Source: Paramecium tetraurelia
Taxonomy: Eukaryota
Assembly (NCBI GenBank): GCA_000165425.1
Contig: CT868629.1
Span: 310,001-374,000 of the forward strand
DNA: 64,000 bases
Direction of reading: 5' to 3'
Below the pieces are notes generated by a model that made no database searches, was not told the origin of the DNA, and was given only the letters and a program-made list of their open reading frames with translations. Both the position numbers and the translations under genes were made by a program. Of the stretch, positions 13,091-27,822 are shown piece by piece (within the stretch, counting starts at the first letter, position 1; every line of letters starts with the position of its first letter).

Positions 13091-14688
13091 TAAGAATTGA
13101 AGATATTGGTCTTTTTATATCTTATTAATTATATTTTGAAAATAAATTAATAATAACCATTCAATTATTAACATTTTCTTATCCTATTCTTAACTAGATA
13201 TTCTCCGTACATTTTAATGATGAGTCCTAGCTAACTTGAGGATATCCTTATCAATTTAAGAATTATACAGAAAAAGACTATAGCTTAAAATTAAAAATTA
13301 GTTTTGAAAACAATAACACATAATTTTTTTTAGAAATTTGCAATTCTTCTTTTACTGAATTGATAAAATATAATCCTCTACCAGTAATGAGCTTGAAAAT
13401 TTAAAACTTAATTAAAGTCTCATCCCTGGAGAGGTGTATGATCATAATTGTAGTTTGCATTTCACAAAATACATTTAGATTCATATTATAATCTATTTAT
13501 GTTGAAATTCTTAGCTTAATTAGGCTAATAACCATTCTCTTAACATTTTCTTCAAAAAAGTTCTGCATCAAATTTCAAAGAGGCATGACTGATATTCCAA
13601 AAATAAGATACATATAATAAAATTGTAGAAAATGTGCTATTAGATATATGATTAGTAATGTATGGAGACTTACATTCATTATTACATCTGGTGTGATCAA
13701 GTTAGTGACTAGAAAATATTAAATGTACACATAATTTTTACTTGAAATCTATTGATAAATATTTTATAATATTGATCACAGAGGTCAATTATAATATATT
13801 AGTTTATACCTAATACTTTAAATATTTAGATCAAATATAAGAGCTCTCTGTAAAATTCATAAAATAATGGACTTAGTATTTTTCTGTTTATTGTTATATT
13901 CATAATACTAAGATTACCATTTCAATGAATTCATCTAACATAATTTTTAACCATTTTAAAATCAATTTTGAAACATAATGTGTTAGTTTGTTTTTAGTTT
14001 TTGAAAATAAGATTATCGTTAATTTTAAATGGGCATCCTAAATTTCAGTTTTTAGGATTGATTAATAATACAATTTTCAATAATAGTATATTAAATCAGG
14101 TTTTGATACTTTATTTGCTCTCTTATGTTTAGTATTAGCAATATTAATTGTGAAATTAATTCTGATTAAATATTAAAATGATAAGTATTATTTTGTGTAT
14201 AAATATCAAATATTAAAATGTATAATAGGAATGATCTACATATTGACTAATATAAAGCATTTCTTAAGTAAGAATGTTCAAAATTATAACTCTAATTTCA
14301 AATTCAATATTTTTTCTCTTAAGTTCTTAAGCTATGTAGCAGTTTTATAAAGTATTAATCAATAGTTGAATTAAAAATCATATTTCTATTAATTATTCAT
14401 TTTAAAAGAATTTAAGATAAACTTTGTAAATTATTTACTTGATAATCCTTTTGATAATTTTTCAAGATAAATTGTTGCTTTTTCATAGAAGGGTAACTAA
14501 TTTCAATAATTGAAAATTTAATAAATATATATATTTTCAAATTAATTAATAAAAGAAAGAAATTTGAACAATATAGCAATTTAGTGTGCTGCAATAATAC
14601 ATAAAACAATATAAGAATGCAAAAATTGACTAGGAGAAGAGAGTTAATAATAATCAATAATTTTAATTAAATGCATTTTATATCTATT

Positions 14689-16063
14689 TCATAAGACCAT
14701 TTCAATTGGAGGTTAACTTGTTGAAGTCTAATTCAAATCATCTTTAAATATCATTCTTTTCACATCACTTTTGTGCTGAGGAATTTAGAGTTTATTCGGT
14801 TTATCTCTTGTTTGACTAGAGAAGGGATATTAAGTCCTGTAAGAATCAATCAGGGAAGCATTATGACTAATTGTTGATGCCTTTGAGCTGGTTTTATTTC
14901 CTTTGACAGGGGTTGTAGTTCTATATAATTAACTTAATTGTTAAAGTGATTGTTTGATTGGGGAGTAGACTTCCTCTTTTTTGATTGCTTAAGCTAATCT
15001 TTGTGGCTGAACTACTCTTTAAGTCTAACCATAAATTCTGGATGGTGAAAACTATTTAGGAGTTATTCTTTAAGGCGAATATGGAATTATTTTATAAGGC
15101 GATAGTTATCTTTATTAGAGATTCTAATTGAATGCTTTATTGTTTCTTTCATTTATAATTTAACTTAAAGGATAATAATGAGGATTCTCTGTGGTTTTAA
15201 CTATTGAAGGGTTTAAGGTCAATCCTAATTCTTTGCTAGTAGTTTTGTATTATCTATTGAATATAATATACGATAATTCTATGAAGTCTGGCCTTTTCTC
15301 AGGATTTTGATTAAGCATTCTAGCTAATACTTGTAGGAGCTATTAGGAATAATCAGTAGATAATGATATGACAGTTTCTTTTAAGCTGGCGTGGAATTCT
15401 AATATAGAAATGGAAATTACTCCTTTTGGTCATAAGTTCCACTATAAGTTAGGCTAGATCATAAACATCTTATTTAATCTATTAATCAGTTGATTAAATT
15501 GTAATTTAATCCAGTGTTTTTAAAGTTTAATCTGAAGTTATGAAGATATGGTCTGAAGTAATTTATCCATGCGATTAGCCATTGTTTTACAAGTATTTGA
15601 GTACACTCACTAACTATTCAAGTGACTAATTTATTAGGATTACAAAAGATTACCTTCCAAACTTCAATTTCCCTGAATGTTTCAGATCTGGCACATAAAT
15701 ATTAAGATAGTGTCTGGGAAATATATTCGAAATAAAATTGTTAAGTTTCGACACTCCCACAATATTGAGGGGTGTTTTGAGTACAGGCATAATATTACAA
15801 TAGATTTGGATGTTATAATTAGCTTCTCTTTGAATGAATAGTTAATAATATGGAATCTTAAAAGTATAAATGTCTTGTCTTGAGTTATAGATGTATATTA
15901 CAAAAGAAAAGAGTTCAAGATTGGTGTTCTTCTTCATTTTCCATAACTGGATATTTCCAAATGCTGGATGAAAGATTGTTCCACAACATTAAATTTAATC
16001 ATTTAAATCAGAAGTGAAAGTCAATTCTGTGTTATAATTCACGAAAGCTTAAACATTGCCCAT
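14689..16063 (-). CDS. Protein-kinase-fold protein, probable pseudokinase, MG- N-terminus
   Basis: MGNVQA start; QHPNLLQYY, FYFEYISQTL, EIEVWK, HGQITSDHIFI, DVYDLA, LARMLNQNPEKRPDF; S/Q-rich tail. Confidence 0.8.
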
Positions 16064-16160
16064 AATTGGATTTATTTAATATATTTAATTACAAATGAAT
16101 AATACTTAGCATTTCATAATAATCAAAATTGGTAAAATTTCTATAAATATATATATTTAT

Positions 16161-16493
16161 ATGAATATTATTTAATCAACTGTTGATGAATTCATTAAAA
16201 ATGAAATTATCGAATTTTATTACAACAGCAAATCACAATTCCATAAGACCACTTTAGAATACTTAAGAAACAGATTGAGCAGGTATGGGAAAGGAGTCTT
16301 GATTTATATAAGCGATTGTCCGATTACTCAATCGACCAGTTCTGATTAAATGGTGTTGTACTTTCAATCCAAATCAGAATATGTGTTTATTTGTATAATA
16401 AGGCATCTCTTTAAGGAACCACCCAAACATGGTCAAAATATCTAATGTTCTTTAAGGGGACAGGAATATAAATTGAATTATCATTACTATTGA
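16161..16493 (+). CDS. Small hypothetical protein (110 aa)
   Basis: Uninterrupted ORF MNIIQSTVDEFIKNEIIEFYY...YHYY* with coding-like GC content. Confidence 0.6.
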
Positions 16494-16657
16494 AATTATA
16501 CTAATAATTGATATTCATTTTTTGCATTCTCACTAATAGGGAATTGTGATATTAATAATTGGATACAAAAAGCTGATTAGGTGTGCAAAAGAAAAAGAAA
16601 AAATAAACCATTAAAAAGTGATTTTAAATATATAAAGATTTTTTAATTAAATATTGG

Positions 16658-17287
16658 ATGTCTTAACAACAAGGAAAGGGTGGAAAAGCTTAACAACCAA
16701 AACCAGATGCAAAACCTGCAGCTCCTGCTAAAGTTGTCAAACCTTAAGAAACTAAGGAGAATGTGATGAGAAAGATTAGAATTGAAAAATTAATGGTTCA
16801 CATTTGTGCTGGAGAGTCAGGCGATAAATTAACAAAGGCAGCCAAGGTTTTGGAGGATTTGACAGGATAAAAGCCAGTATTCGGTAAGGCAAGATACACA
16901 GTCAGATCTTTTGGTATCAGAAGAAATGAAAAGATCTCTGTGTTCTGTACAATTAGAGGAGATGCTGCTAAAGATATATTGTTTAGAGGGTTGAGAGTTA
17001 AAGAAATGGAATTAAAAAAGAGAAACTTCTCTGAATCAGGAAACTTTGGATTTGGCATATAAGAACATATTGATTTGGGATTAAAGTATGATCCATATAC
17101 AGGTATTAATTATTACAAATGCTGTTTAGGTATTTTCGGTATGGATTTCTATGTGATCTTGTCAAGACCAGGATTAAGAGTTGCTCAAAGAAAATCAAGA
17201 AATGCTAGATTGGGTACAGCTTAGAGAGTCTCTAAAAAGGAAGCCATGGAATGGTTTAAATAAACCTTTGAAGGCAACGTCTATTGA
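16658..17287 (+). CDS. RPL11: 60S ribosomal protein L11 (uL5)
   Basis: [73 protein letters not shown]; intron 17103-17130. Confidence 0.97.
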
Positions 17288-17325
17288 TACATTAATACAA
17301 TACATTAAATATAAATCAATAACAA

Positions 17326-19139
17326 TCATTAAATATTAAGTAATTCAATATCACCTTCTTTTTTTGTACCTTTCTACACCTTCGACTTTTTCTGAATAAA
17401 ATAAGCCTTCTTGTCCTTCAAAGCATCTCTACCTCTAAAAATAAGGCGATCAGAGAATGTCTCAGTAAACATGAATTCTTTTAATCCAAGGAAATTCATA
17501 AATCTATCATACAAATCAAAGTAATTAATGAAACACAAAAAGAGCAGTAGAGCAGGCATCAACTAAATTACATTAACTCCAAAAATTGGTACAAATTCCA
17601 TCTTTAAAATTATCATAAAAACATACTTCTCCCATTGCATATTTGAATGCTGGCTCACAGTTCAATCTTTGTTTGACTCTTAACATATTCAAAAAGTTCT
17701 GACATAGAGGAGCTGCTACTCTACTGAAATTTATTGTAGCAAATAACAAACTAGGAGCATCAGTTTAATGATCATCGTATAATCCATAACATCCTGCTAT
17801 CTTAATTCTAAACATTCCATAATAAACACAAAATGCTATATAAAACAAAGGAACAAAACAAAAGATTTGTAGGGCTATCACTCCAGATGATAAGGATATA
17901 GGCATTCCAAATATAGTAAATGGAGTGTTCATAAATAGCGTAGTTTCAGATATAACAACCAACAAAGATAGAATCCCTAAAAACAAAGAAAACAATATTT
18001 TGAATTGAGGTTTGTAATAACATAGCCAATACCATTCCAAAGTATCCAATTGTTAAGAGCAAGACCCTTCCCTGTTATTTGATTTTAAATCATAATGAAT
18101 CTTTTTATCAGAATTTTCTACAGAATTTATGACGTTTTCTAACGCATATGCTTTCCTGCAATTCTCTTTCCATGCTGCTCTCAACCTTCTAAAAGTTCTT
18201 GCCTTCTATCGAATATCTCTGTATATTTCAACCATTTCCTCATCAGTGGCTTCAGGTTATTCCTTAAAGAACATTCTTTACAAATAAGATATCCCTGGTG
18301 CCTTGGATTTTGCATCCTCCTCTACTAAATCCTTATACATAGTTTTTGGAATTGTCTTAATACTGATCTTTAAATATATTTTTGAGGATTCTTATTAAAA
18401 TTTTTATTAGTTTCGAATACCCACTACTCTCTTAGCCTTTTCTTATAATTCATGTTGAGCCTCATCCTTTTCCTCTGTGATTTTCGCTGTTTTAAAATAC
18501 AAATATTTCATCTGAACATCCAAAGTGGAAGTTCTCATATGAGCCCTTGGAACTGCAATGAGAGAATATCTAAAATTATAGACTAACGATAATTACCCCA
18601 ACAACACTATAATCAAAGCCACACCAAAAGAATTAGCCATACTTTTGAGTAACTTAGTTAAACCATAATCTGATGCTTATCCTGTCATTACAATTATGAC
18701 AATAAAAACAATGCCAGCAATTCCAATCACTAGAAAAAATTTGCCATTGTTGATCAAGGATCTCATTAACTTTTAAGCTTGATTAAGATCAGTCGCTTCC
18801 TCATATTCCTACATTATTGGAATAATCGTCCAACAAAGTATGAAATTGGCCCAATACAATATTTGATACATCTTGATTTATATGAAATATTACATTTCCT
18901 ATTGCTTCATATTCTCTCGAATGCACACCCAAATCACTCTAATTGCTATTTGTTTCTTGATCTCTAAATGTTACATAAATATCTAATGGTAACAAAATTA
19001 GCAAAATAAAATTCGTCAACCATGAAATCAAACATGTCACTCTTACAATAATGTTAACTTCTTTGCAGCAAATATTGTTGATTAATTTTGCACAATATAT
19101 AGTAACTAGAATGATTTCAAGCAGCGTTAATAAATACAT
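17326..19139 (-). CDS. LMBR1-domain multi-pass membrane protein (LMBRD2-like)
   Basis: LILLPLDIY, YWANF...EYEEA, ANSFG..LLGYSLIAVPR, TDAPSLLF...RVAAPLCQNFL, YFDLYDRFMNFLG; many TM segments. Confidence 0.85.
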
Positions 19140-20290
19140 ATTAATTTTATTTATTCTAATTTTCAATATATCTTTCTTTCATTCCTCTATCTTTATATTT
19201 GTAATGTCTCAAATAATCTTAATGCGTATATTCACTTTTATATTTGTCTTCTCTTCTATCCCAACAGCATTTAGATCAATTTAGCAAACATAACATCCTT
19301 CATAATTCTCAAACCAACAAAGCATATTAAAATGGAGATTTTTAAGACTCTGTTCAATATAATCACATATATTCAATCAAGCCTATTGTTTAGAAATAAA
19401 TATTAATAATTAAAATAATAATAATAATTTATAAGCCATAATAGAATAGAATCTCAAAAACTTAAAGAAGAATAATTTATGATAAAAATATACATTTTAT
19501 AACAATCTACGAAGATCTTGACATTGGCTTCATAAATTAACCTTTAATTTTTAAGTTATTTTCAAAGAAATTGAAAATCTAGAGTTCTCTGTTTTTGACA
19601 ATTGTATATATTGTATTCTTTACAGTCTATTGTATGGTCATGTCATACCTCAGTCATATTTTGTCAATTCTATATGCATTGTAATAAACAAATTATGAAA
19701 TTTAAAGGGAATCCAGTTACTGATGTTTAAGCTAGTATTTTCAAAAAAATTCTTGATATCTCGATTGAGAATAACGGTACCAGACAAATTTTACATTAAT
19801 TAGAATCCCTAAATTGATAGTCAAACACTTTTGTTCATGTATAGCTTATATACACCTTCCAACAATTATATTTGGTTACTCTAGGTAAGAGTTTCACAAA
19901 CCTCCAGACATCAAAAAAAACCAGATTTTCAATGTTTGTATTATATATTAGTTTTGAGTTCATTATTTTTAATCACTCTACATATTATTCTACTTTATTT
20001 AATGGAAAAAGAATAATTAATTATTGGCAAAAAAATTATATTCTATTTTATTATTTAAAAATTAATAAATATTTATGAATTATTGTAGTCTTTGAATTGT
20101 TTTATAACCCAATAGAATATTTTTTCTCAATCATTTTTTTCTTGTGAGTCTGTTCTTTACATCTTACATTAGTGTTTAAATTAAGCTAAGCATCTAAAAT
20201 CTTGACAAAAATGAAAATGTATCTTGCGCACATATTTAACAAGATAAAATTTAAGATAGAGACAATAAAAATAATAAATTGTAGAATCAA

Positions 20291-20905
20291 ATGTCTTAAT
20301 TTTTCAGTGGTGTAACAATGCCTGACAATGAATGGTCTGAAATATTTGATATAGAAAATTGTGATAAGTCTCAAGCTTATGATAGCTTTGGAGATTTTCA
20401 TGCAGAACTCCACCGTTATTATTCAATGTTGAATTAAAATCCTGCTACCGATGAATCAAATATGCTTAATTCAGAAGCAACGAATGGCGAAATTTTATAG
20501 AGTTCAAAGACAAGCAAAGTCATAAAAAAAGTATGCTATTACATTAATTTTCAGAAGAAAATATAGACAGCACTTCCTGGAGAGAGCAAGAATTTACATA
20601 AATGTTATGGAAGATAATTATAGCTATTCATAAGGAATTTTTGCAATAAGACAAATAATTCTAGTTTGAAAGAGGATTAACATATTAAATAGTTTTTATA
20701 AATCCAAGGAGATAAAATAGGAAAATATGAATTAAACTAATTTCTAAATTGTTAAAAGGGGAAGATGTTCTCTAAGGAATTTTTTGGATAATGTTTGTGG
20801 AAGTATAATGTTGTCAAAGAATCAAAGACAAGTGTGTCGTCGCTTTTCAGACATAATATTGAACCTTTTTGGGAGACCCATAAAAAAATCAAGTCAAGAA
20901 TGTGA
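20291..20905 (+). CDS. Hypothetical protein (acidic N-terminus, helical C-terminal domain)
   Basis: ATG 20291, 24 nt intron near 20531, ESKNLHKCYGRQLQLFI motif, TGA 20903-20905. Confidence 0.75.
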
Positions 20906-21068
20906 GACATTTGACTTATTCTATTTATTATTATAATTTTGTTGAATTAATTAATTATTGAAAGTAGGGGCTAGTAATAAAACATAATGTTATTAAAAAT
21001 ACTTATATATAATGTAAGAATCGAGAGTTCAATTAGCATTACGTGAAATTTCGATAATCAAATAAGCT

Positions 21069-24000
21069 ATGTCGTCCAAAAAGAAGTACACTCCAATGAA
21101 AGATTCTCTGAACAACTTTCAGAAGGTTTTGGAAGAAAATAAAAAGAATGGTGTCCAAGATATTCCAAGATAAGAAATTTAAAAGATTTTAATACCTGCT
21201 TCAAAAGAGTTGAAATCAGCCAAATTTCATACAACTTTAATTTGCTTTTTGCTTAAATTGATCAACTTAAAAGTGATTAACGATGTAAGATAAAAACCAT
21301 TTATTTTAGATTCAAACAAGTGAAGATGTTTTAGATTACTTTTTGAAAATTAAAGAAATCCAAAAGGATGAATTGCATTATAAACTGATACAAAGTTTTA
21401 TGGCTTTTATACATTAAGACTTCATTAATTTTCGTAATTATGGTTTTGTTGAAAAAGTAGAATAATCATTCTATTCATTTAGTGTCTTACATTCGTACTC
21501 TTCATGAAAAATTCTAAAATGCCTATAATTTAAGCATCAGCAGAAACATCATTAGATAAATTAATTGAATTACTATCGGGATCGACGCAATTAATAATAG
21601 CCGGTCAAGGATTTGATGACATGAATATCATTATTGATTTAGACAATTAGCAAGAATAAAATTTATAATAAGCTACATCCAATACCCCAATAGATCATTA
21701 AAAAGAAGTGCAAAATCTACATTCTATATTGTCTGATTTGATTAAGATATGCGATTACACTCGTCCTCCTTGGTTTCCTCCCTCAGTTCCTCTGGATAGG
21801 GAGTTTGGATTGTCAAGTATTAACAGTTTTTTATCAAACATGGGAAAATTCTTCACTTAATTCACAACCATCTAAGAGTTGCTATCAAATCATCTTATTT
21901 AAGTCATAAGAAAGATACTAGCCATACCAATCAACATGATAAAGAGCTCAATTATTGTGGTAGCATTTAAGTGCTTAACATTTTTAGTGGATGGACCATA
22001 ATCAGGAGAGGTTTGGAATATCTTAATTTAATAAATAAAATCAAATGAGCATTCGATACATAAAAATTTGGGATTGCAAACCTTAATCTATTTTGTCTAA
22101 AGTTAAATATTTTTGGATTAATTACTTCTACTTCCTTTGAATGAGAAAGTATATAATATAATATTAAAGTTGATAGAATTACATCTTAGATATTATTACA
22201 TTGTTATCTGGATTGGCTAAAGACATCTCCGATCCAACTGAATTAGAATAGAAAAGATGGATGGATATGACAAGTCCTACAATTAATTTATAATAAAATT
22301 CTGAAGTATATCCTAGTGATAATGGTTTAGTATGCAGAATGTTAAGTGAATTTTAATCACGCTTTGTAAATTCACTATGTGTGTATGCTGATTAATAAAA
22401 AATATAATTAGGAAGTTTATTTAAATTACAATCAACAGACAAATTTTATCAAATTATTGAATTTACTTGGAAATTGAATTTAAGGGGAATCAAATACCTA
22501 TTAACCAAAGAACTAGATGAGTAAACTTTATAAAATTTGTTATCTGCATTCTCATCCTATATTAATATAGTTGGGTCAATTTAGATGAAAGCAGCATAGA
22601 ATGCTTTTATAAAGACCATTTGCGAATTTTGTAAACCTTAAACTGGATAAGAATTTTCAAAAAAACACATTTAGATAAATAAAATGGTATTAAATATTGC
22701 TAATTGTCTTGGAAGTATTATATTAGATAATTAATTATTTTAGATTTACTAGAATGCAGTAGTTGGATTTGTATTTTCAAGACATTTGAAGAATGTGAGA
22801 ATTATTATTTAAGAAATCGTCTTGCAAAAAATTCAAGTCAAGAGGAATAAATTAAGACGCTAGATATAACAATCTTATTTTAAAGTTTAGATTAATTGTT
22901 TTCATAAAGTCCTACCTATGGTAATGAACATTTGATAACTGTAATGGATGCTATTAATTAAATAACCATTGAATGTTTAGAATAGTAAACAACTTTAGAG
23001 TTGAAGAGATCTAATTCATAATTTGGAGATCAAAAGAAATATTTTTCTCTCTCAAAATTAGTTGAATTAATTAAATTTAACGTATTTAGATTAGATATAT
23101 TTTGGGAACTCATTATTGCACATTTCATCTCAGTTATTTCTTCACGTAACACCAATTTAGTTTTAAATGCAGCAGATACATTGTCTTAGATTATATTTTA
23201 TGGTTTTGAACACTGGACTTAATTTTATAAGAAAAATCAATAGCATCATTCAGAATTTATCAAAGAGAAATGGTATAAGACTGATTCTATATACTAATAA
23301 ACTCTCTTTTAGCCTTGGATTGATATGTGTGCATTGAACTAAAATGATTTAAAAGAGATAATTTTGAACAATGTATTAAAGATGCTACAGAATAATGGTC
23401 ATGAAATCTAACAAAAAGGTTGGGATTCCGTATTAGTCTTATTATTAGAAATTGGATCAGAATAAACAACCATTTTTGTTAAGTAAGGATTAGCATGCAC
23501 AGAATATATCATAAATCAATTTTTATCAAATTTAAATGGGGAATAAATTAAAAAGTTATTTGAAATTATCGAGAAATATAAATCCAATTCAAGTAATTAC
23601 AGTTTATAATTAAATAGACGAATAAAACATAAATTTCCAAATTTGTAATATGCTTTGGCATCTGGGAGATTTCATCACCAAAAATAATTCCCATAACTCT
23701 GAATAGAATAATATATTAACCAACGAAGAACTTGAATTGTATTTGCCTGAGATATTTCAAAAGCTATCACTTATAGCTTTAGACCCTATTCCTGAAATCA
23801 GACATTCAGCTATCCATATATTTAGCAATCTGTTGATTCATTTAAATTGTCAAAATCTCTATTCGCAATGGAAAAAGATCTTAGAAAATATCTTCATGAA
23901 GTTGATGCACAACATTAATAACACATTTTAAGAAAAGAATTAAAATAAAGATTTAGATGTTACTTAATGGGAAGAAACTGTAAAAAGTGTTATCTAAGCT

Positions 24001-25414
24001 TTTATAAAATTAATAAAAAAGTACTTTCTTATTATTGATGAATCCTCTTAAGAGAAGTAAATCATCTATTTATTTTAGAGATTAAGATATCGAATTATTG
24101 ATCAAAGAAACCACACCAGACTTGGTTGTTATATTTTAATAGAATAAACCATTCTTAAGCTTAGAAGCAGCTAAATAAATGCGAGAGCTATTCCTCTACA
24201 AACCTATAGTTTGTCTTAAAAATTTCTCTAATGTGATTGATCAAATATCAATTCTTTTTAATCAACAATACTAAGACATTAAATACATTAAGACACTCAT
24301 TTTACATATTGCTCCAGAATTACTGGAATTCTTGAATGATATTGTAAAATTGGCTTCTAACATACTCATTGAATAAGTTGTGGATATTTATTATAAAATA
24401 TTAGAATACCCCATCATAGTTCATTCTAAACTTGATTTAATTCAAAACAAAATCTTTTTTGAAGACAACCTTGCACCAAAATAAATGATGGCAACTCTTT
24501 AGTAAAATTTATCTAAATAACCCCAAAAATTCGTTGAAAGAATGATAGCTAATATTCATGAATTGATCAAAGAACCCCCTAATAACAAATTTAAGCATAT
24601 CTTAATAAAGAGACATCTCTTACAACTCAATACTGTTTTAGATAGCAATATTGACTTTTTCTGTTAATTTTAATAACTCTATGAAACAATTATTATAGCC
24701 ATGAGAAACAACGATTAGTATTTGCATTTCACTGAAACCTTAAATGAAGACAAATCAATCTATATGATAATGGCTGAAAATTATCTTTAAAGAGCTAAAA
24801 CCTATCTAACCAGTAATGCTGAAGGTTAGCTTAAGATATTAAAAACATTATAACTTGTATTGCCTGATAAATCAGTTTGCGAAAATATCTAACAATAGAG
24901 TAAAATCTTGAATTCAGAAAATCAATTGCTCCAAAATTAATATATAGATGAAATTTCACAAATTTATGTTAATAATCCTCAGTTATCCGATTCATCAGAA
25001 TTTATGGAATTTATTCAAAAATTGTATGAATTATCTTAATTTTCCAAAATTGCTATCCATAAATTATGCATATTATCTGAGAACTCCAAGGTTCTTTAAT
25101 ATTTCCTAGATGCAAGCCAAAAGATTTTATAGACTTCTAACTCTGAATAACTCAACAATGATAAGAAATTAATTGATTTGTTAAACTATCTTATGTAAAC
25201 TAAAATACCAGAAAATTCTTTTATAAGCTTCATATCTTTGGATGGATAAGAAATTTCCTATGGAGAAACTTCATTATTATAATCAAACATAGGCCATTTA
25301 TTTTACTTGATGCCATACCTTGTATAACTAATTGGACATTAATAGGATGATGTCAGAATCAAGGTTTAATAGGTTCTATCGAAAGTTTCATAATTGGTAG
25401 TGAAAATTGATTGA
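21069..25414 (+). CDS. Mon2/Ysl2-like large HEAT/ARM protein (Sec7-family related)
   Basis: KKYTPMKDSL N-terminus; FSLSKLVELIKFNVFRLDIFW; KGWDSVL; QNINFQICNMLWHLGDF; ALDPIPEIRHSAI; QWEETV; several tiny introns. Confidence 0.8.
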
Positions 25415-26047
25415 AAAATATTAAATACATTTATAATTCAAACTAATGTTATAATATTTGTTTAAATAATGGCTGAATAATCTCAAGAATATCTTAAGAA
25501 TTTATTCCTTAGATTTTTATAAACAATTTAATTATTTTTATAACTTTATCTTTAATTAAGGTATGATATTTTTTGATTAAATTTAAGATATACGAATTCT
25601 AATGAAGAACTAAGAGTTTTTTTTATTTATTTCTTATAATGTTTCTTTACTTGATTATTAATCTGATTCTATGCGTGACAGTATATTGAAATTAATCATT
25701 AATTTATATTCTAAAAATTAGGACGTAAATCCAATTTGAAGAATACAATAATTTATTGTATTTTCGATTAGTTTGTTCATTGATAATTTTAAATATTTAT
25801 TTTTAAACTCCTCTGAAGTTGAATGAAGTTCATTTAATAGCAACTCAAAACACTTACATATCAATTAAGCTATGTAAAAAAAATCAGTTCGAGTAAATGG
25901 ATGAGTTAGCAGGAAATGAAATTTTCTTTTTAAAAAATATGATATTAAATATTTGATGGTCTGTAACCATTTTAATTATCTAAATTATTACATCATGTGT
26001 ATGAATTAAATAGATATCGAAGTTAAATATTAATATAAATAAGTTTA

Positions 26048-27501
26048 ATGAATATCATTTTATATGCTTGCATAATTGGTTACGTAATCAGCGAGGTAAT
26101 ATTTAAAGTAAGTTATTTTTAGAGTGATTTAGATTAAGCTTATAAATATTTGGTACAAAATTAGGATCAATTAATGCTTGGGTAATGGACAGCAAGCTCA
26201 GATTATTTAGTTTACATAAATGTAGTCTATGATAATTAAAATCTGATAATGTAAGTTTATCCCAAGAAACACAACTTATTACATGAAAAGCATTATTTTA
26301 GACTCAGTTATTCCCTTCTAAATAATTCATATCATTTTGACTCAAATTAAAAGTAACCGAGTTGAATATTTGTAGTCTTATGACTTGGGAGAATATAGAT
26401 GTTATAATTGAATTACAAAACAATGAGAAACATCCTCTTACTATTTGCAAAGCCAATCTCTAAATAGAAGTTTAAACTAAAACTGTTATTCTACATAGTT
26501 AATTTGCTGAGTAATGTTATGTAAATGAAGAGAGAATACGTTTATTCATATTCAGCAATTCGACTTACCAAATGCAAGCTTTCACATACTCGATGCTTTT
26601 AATATTCATATCTATAGTCTAAATAATTAGCACTTATTTTTACTTAAAATCAGATCCAGCTGCAAATAAGGGAGCATCGATGACTATATCTATCGTTTTG
26701 ACTCAAGATATATTCATTTGTATTTTCAGTTCATTGCTTTTTGACATTCCAAGATATTATTATTTCTTCCCTTGTTTGCTTTGTTAGCTGGTTGCTATAT
26801 TTTCTGATCTCAAATTGAAAGCAAAACTGACTGTAATTATTAACATAATATCAATTAGAATATGGAAAGATAAAAGAAGAGATATTTATTACTATAAATT
26901 GTTGAAATTTTATCAGTCACTTTTTTATTTTTGAGAATTAGACGTTCGATCGAATTAACATTACTGAATATTTTCCTGGTTCCTTAAATTGCCATTACCT
27001 TTTACACAGGAGAAAGACAGAGATTTAATATATATTATATTGGAGCTATATTTCCAAGAGCTTTACTTTCAATATATGCAAGGGGATTTCAAGACAATAT
27101 TTTATAACTATTACAAAAACTACATGTAGTTTTCGTTATAGTGCTCATCGTTTTGATTTAATTTTTAATTTATTATTGCTAAAACCAATTTGGATGGTTC
27201 ATATTGAAAAGGAATAAATACAACTACTTCATCAAGCAAACAGACGAACACACACAATCAGATTGTGCGATATGTTTGTTAAATCTATCATAAATTCCTG
27301 ATTATACACTAAATAAAGGAGAATCCTTTGCACTACAAACTATTAGTTAAGCATCTCGAAATAATTTATTAATGAAAACACCTTGCGTAAATTATATAAA
27401 TAATTTAGAACCATTAATTTCACCCTTCTTGTTTAAGCTAGTGGATGTAAATCAATCTCTCATGCCCATTATGCAAAAGTGCCTTGCCATAAGTATTTTG
27501 A
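26048..27501 (+). CDS. Transmembrane RING-H2 E3 ligase, Tul1/FLY1-like
   Basis: Signal peptide MNIILYACIIGYVIS, luminal domain, multiple TMs with LVPQI motif, C-terminal CAIC...TPCNHQFHPSCLSQWMQINLSCPLC. Confidence 0.87.
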
Positions 27502-27822
27502 ACTTTAGAAGATTTCAGAATATATATCTGTAGATATAAATAATATTTCAGAGATACTTATATTAATTATTTTTCTCATTTTAAATCAGAATTCTCCCAT
27601 TTGATAATTTTCTTCAATTTTATATATGAGAATAGAAGAATTCCTCTATATATAATATTATCAAATTCCTTTGATCAAATTTTCATTTTGACTATTTATA
27701 TTATCTTCCAATATGCTAATTAGTTTGATTAACAAAATAAATTCTCTAAAATTAATTCTATATTTTAGATGATAATTTTGATTTAAAATATTGTTATCAA
27801 TATATAAAAAAAATAGTTTAAT

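Noticed and set aside
19200..20280. Gene between the LMBR1-like gene and 20291
   Set aside because: No consistent frame or motif found.
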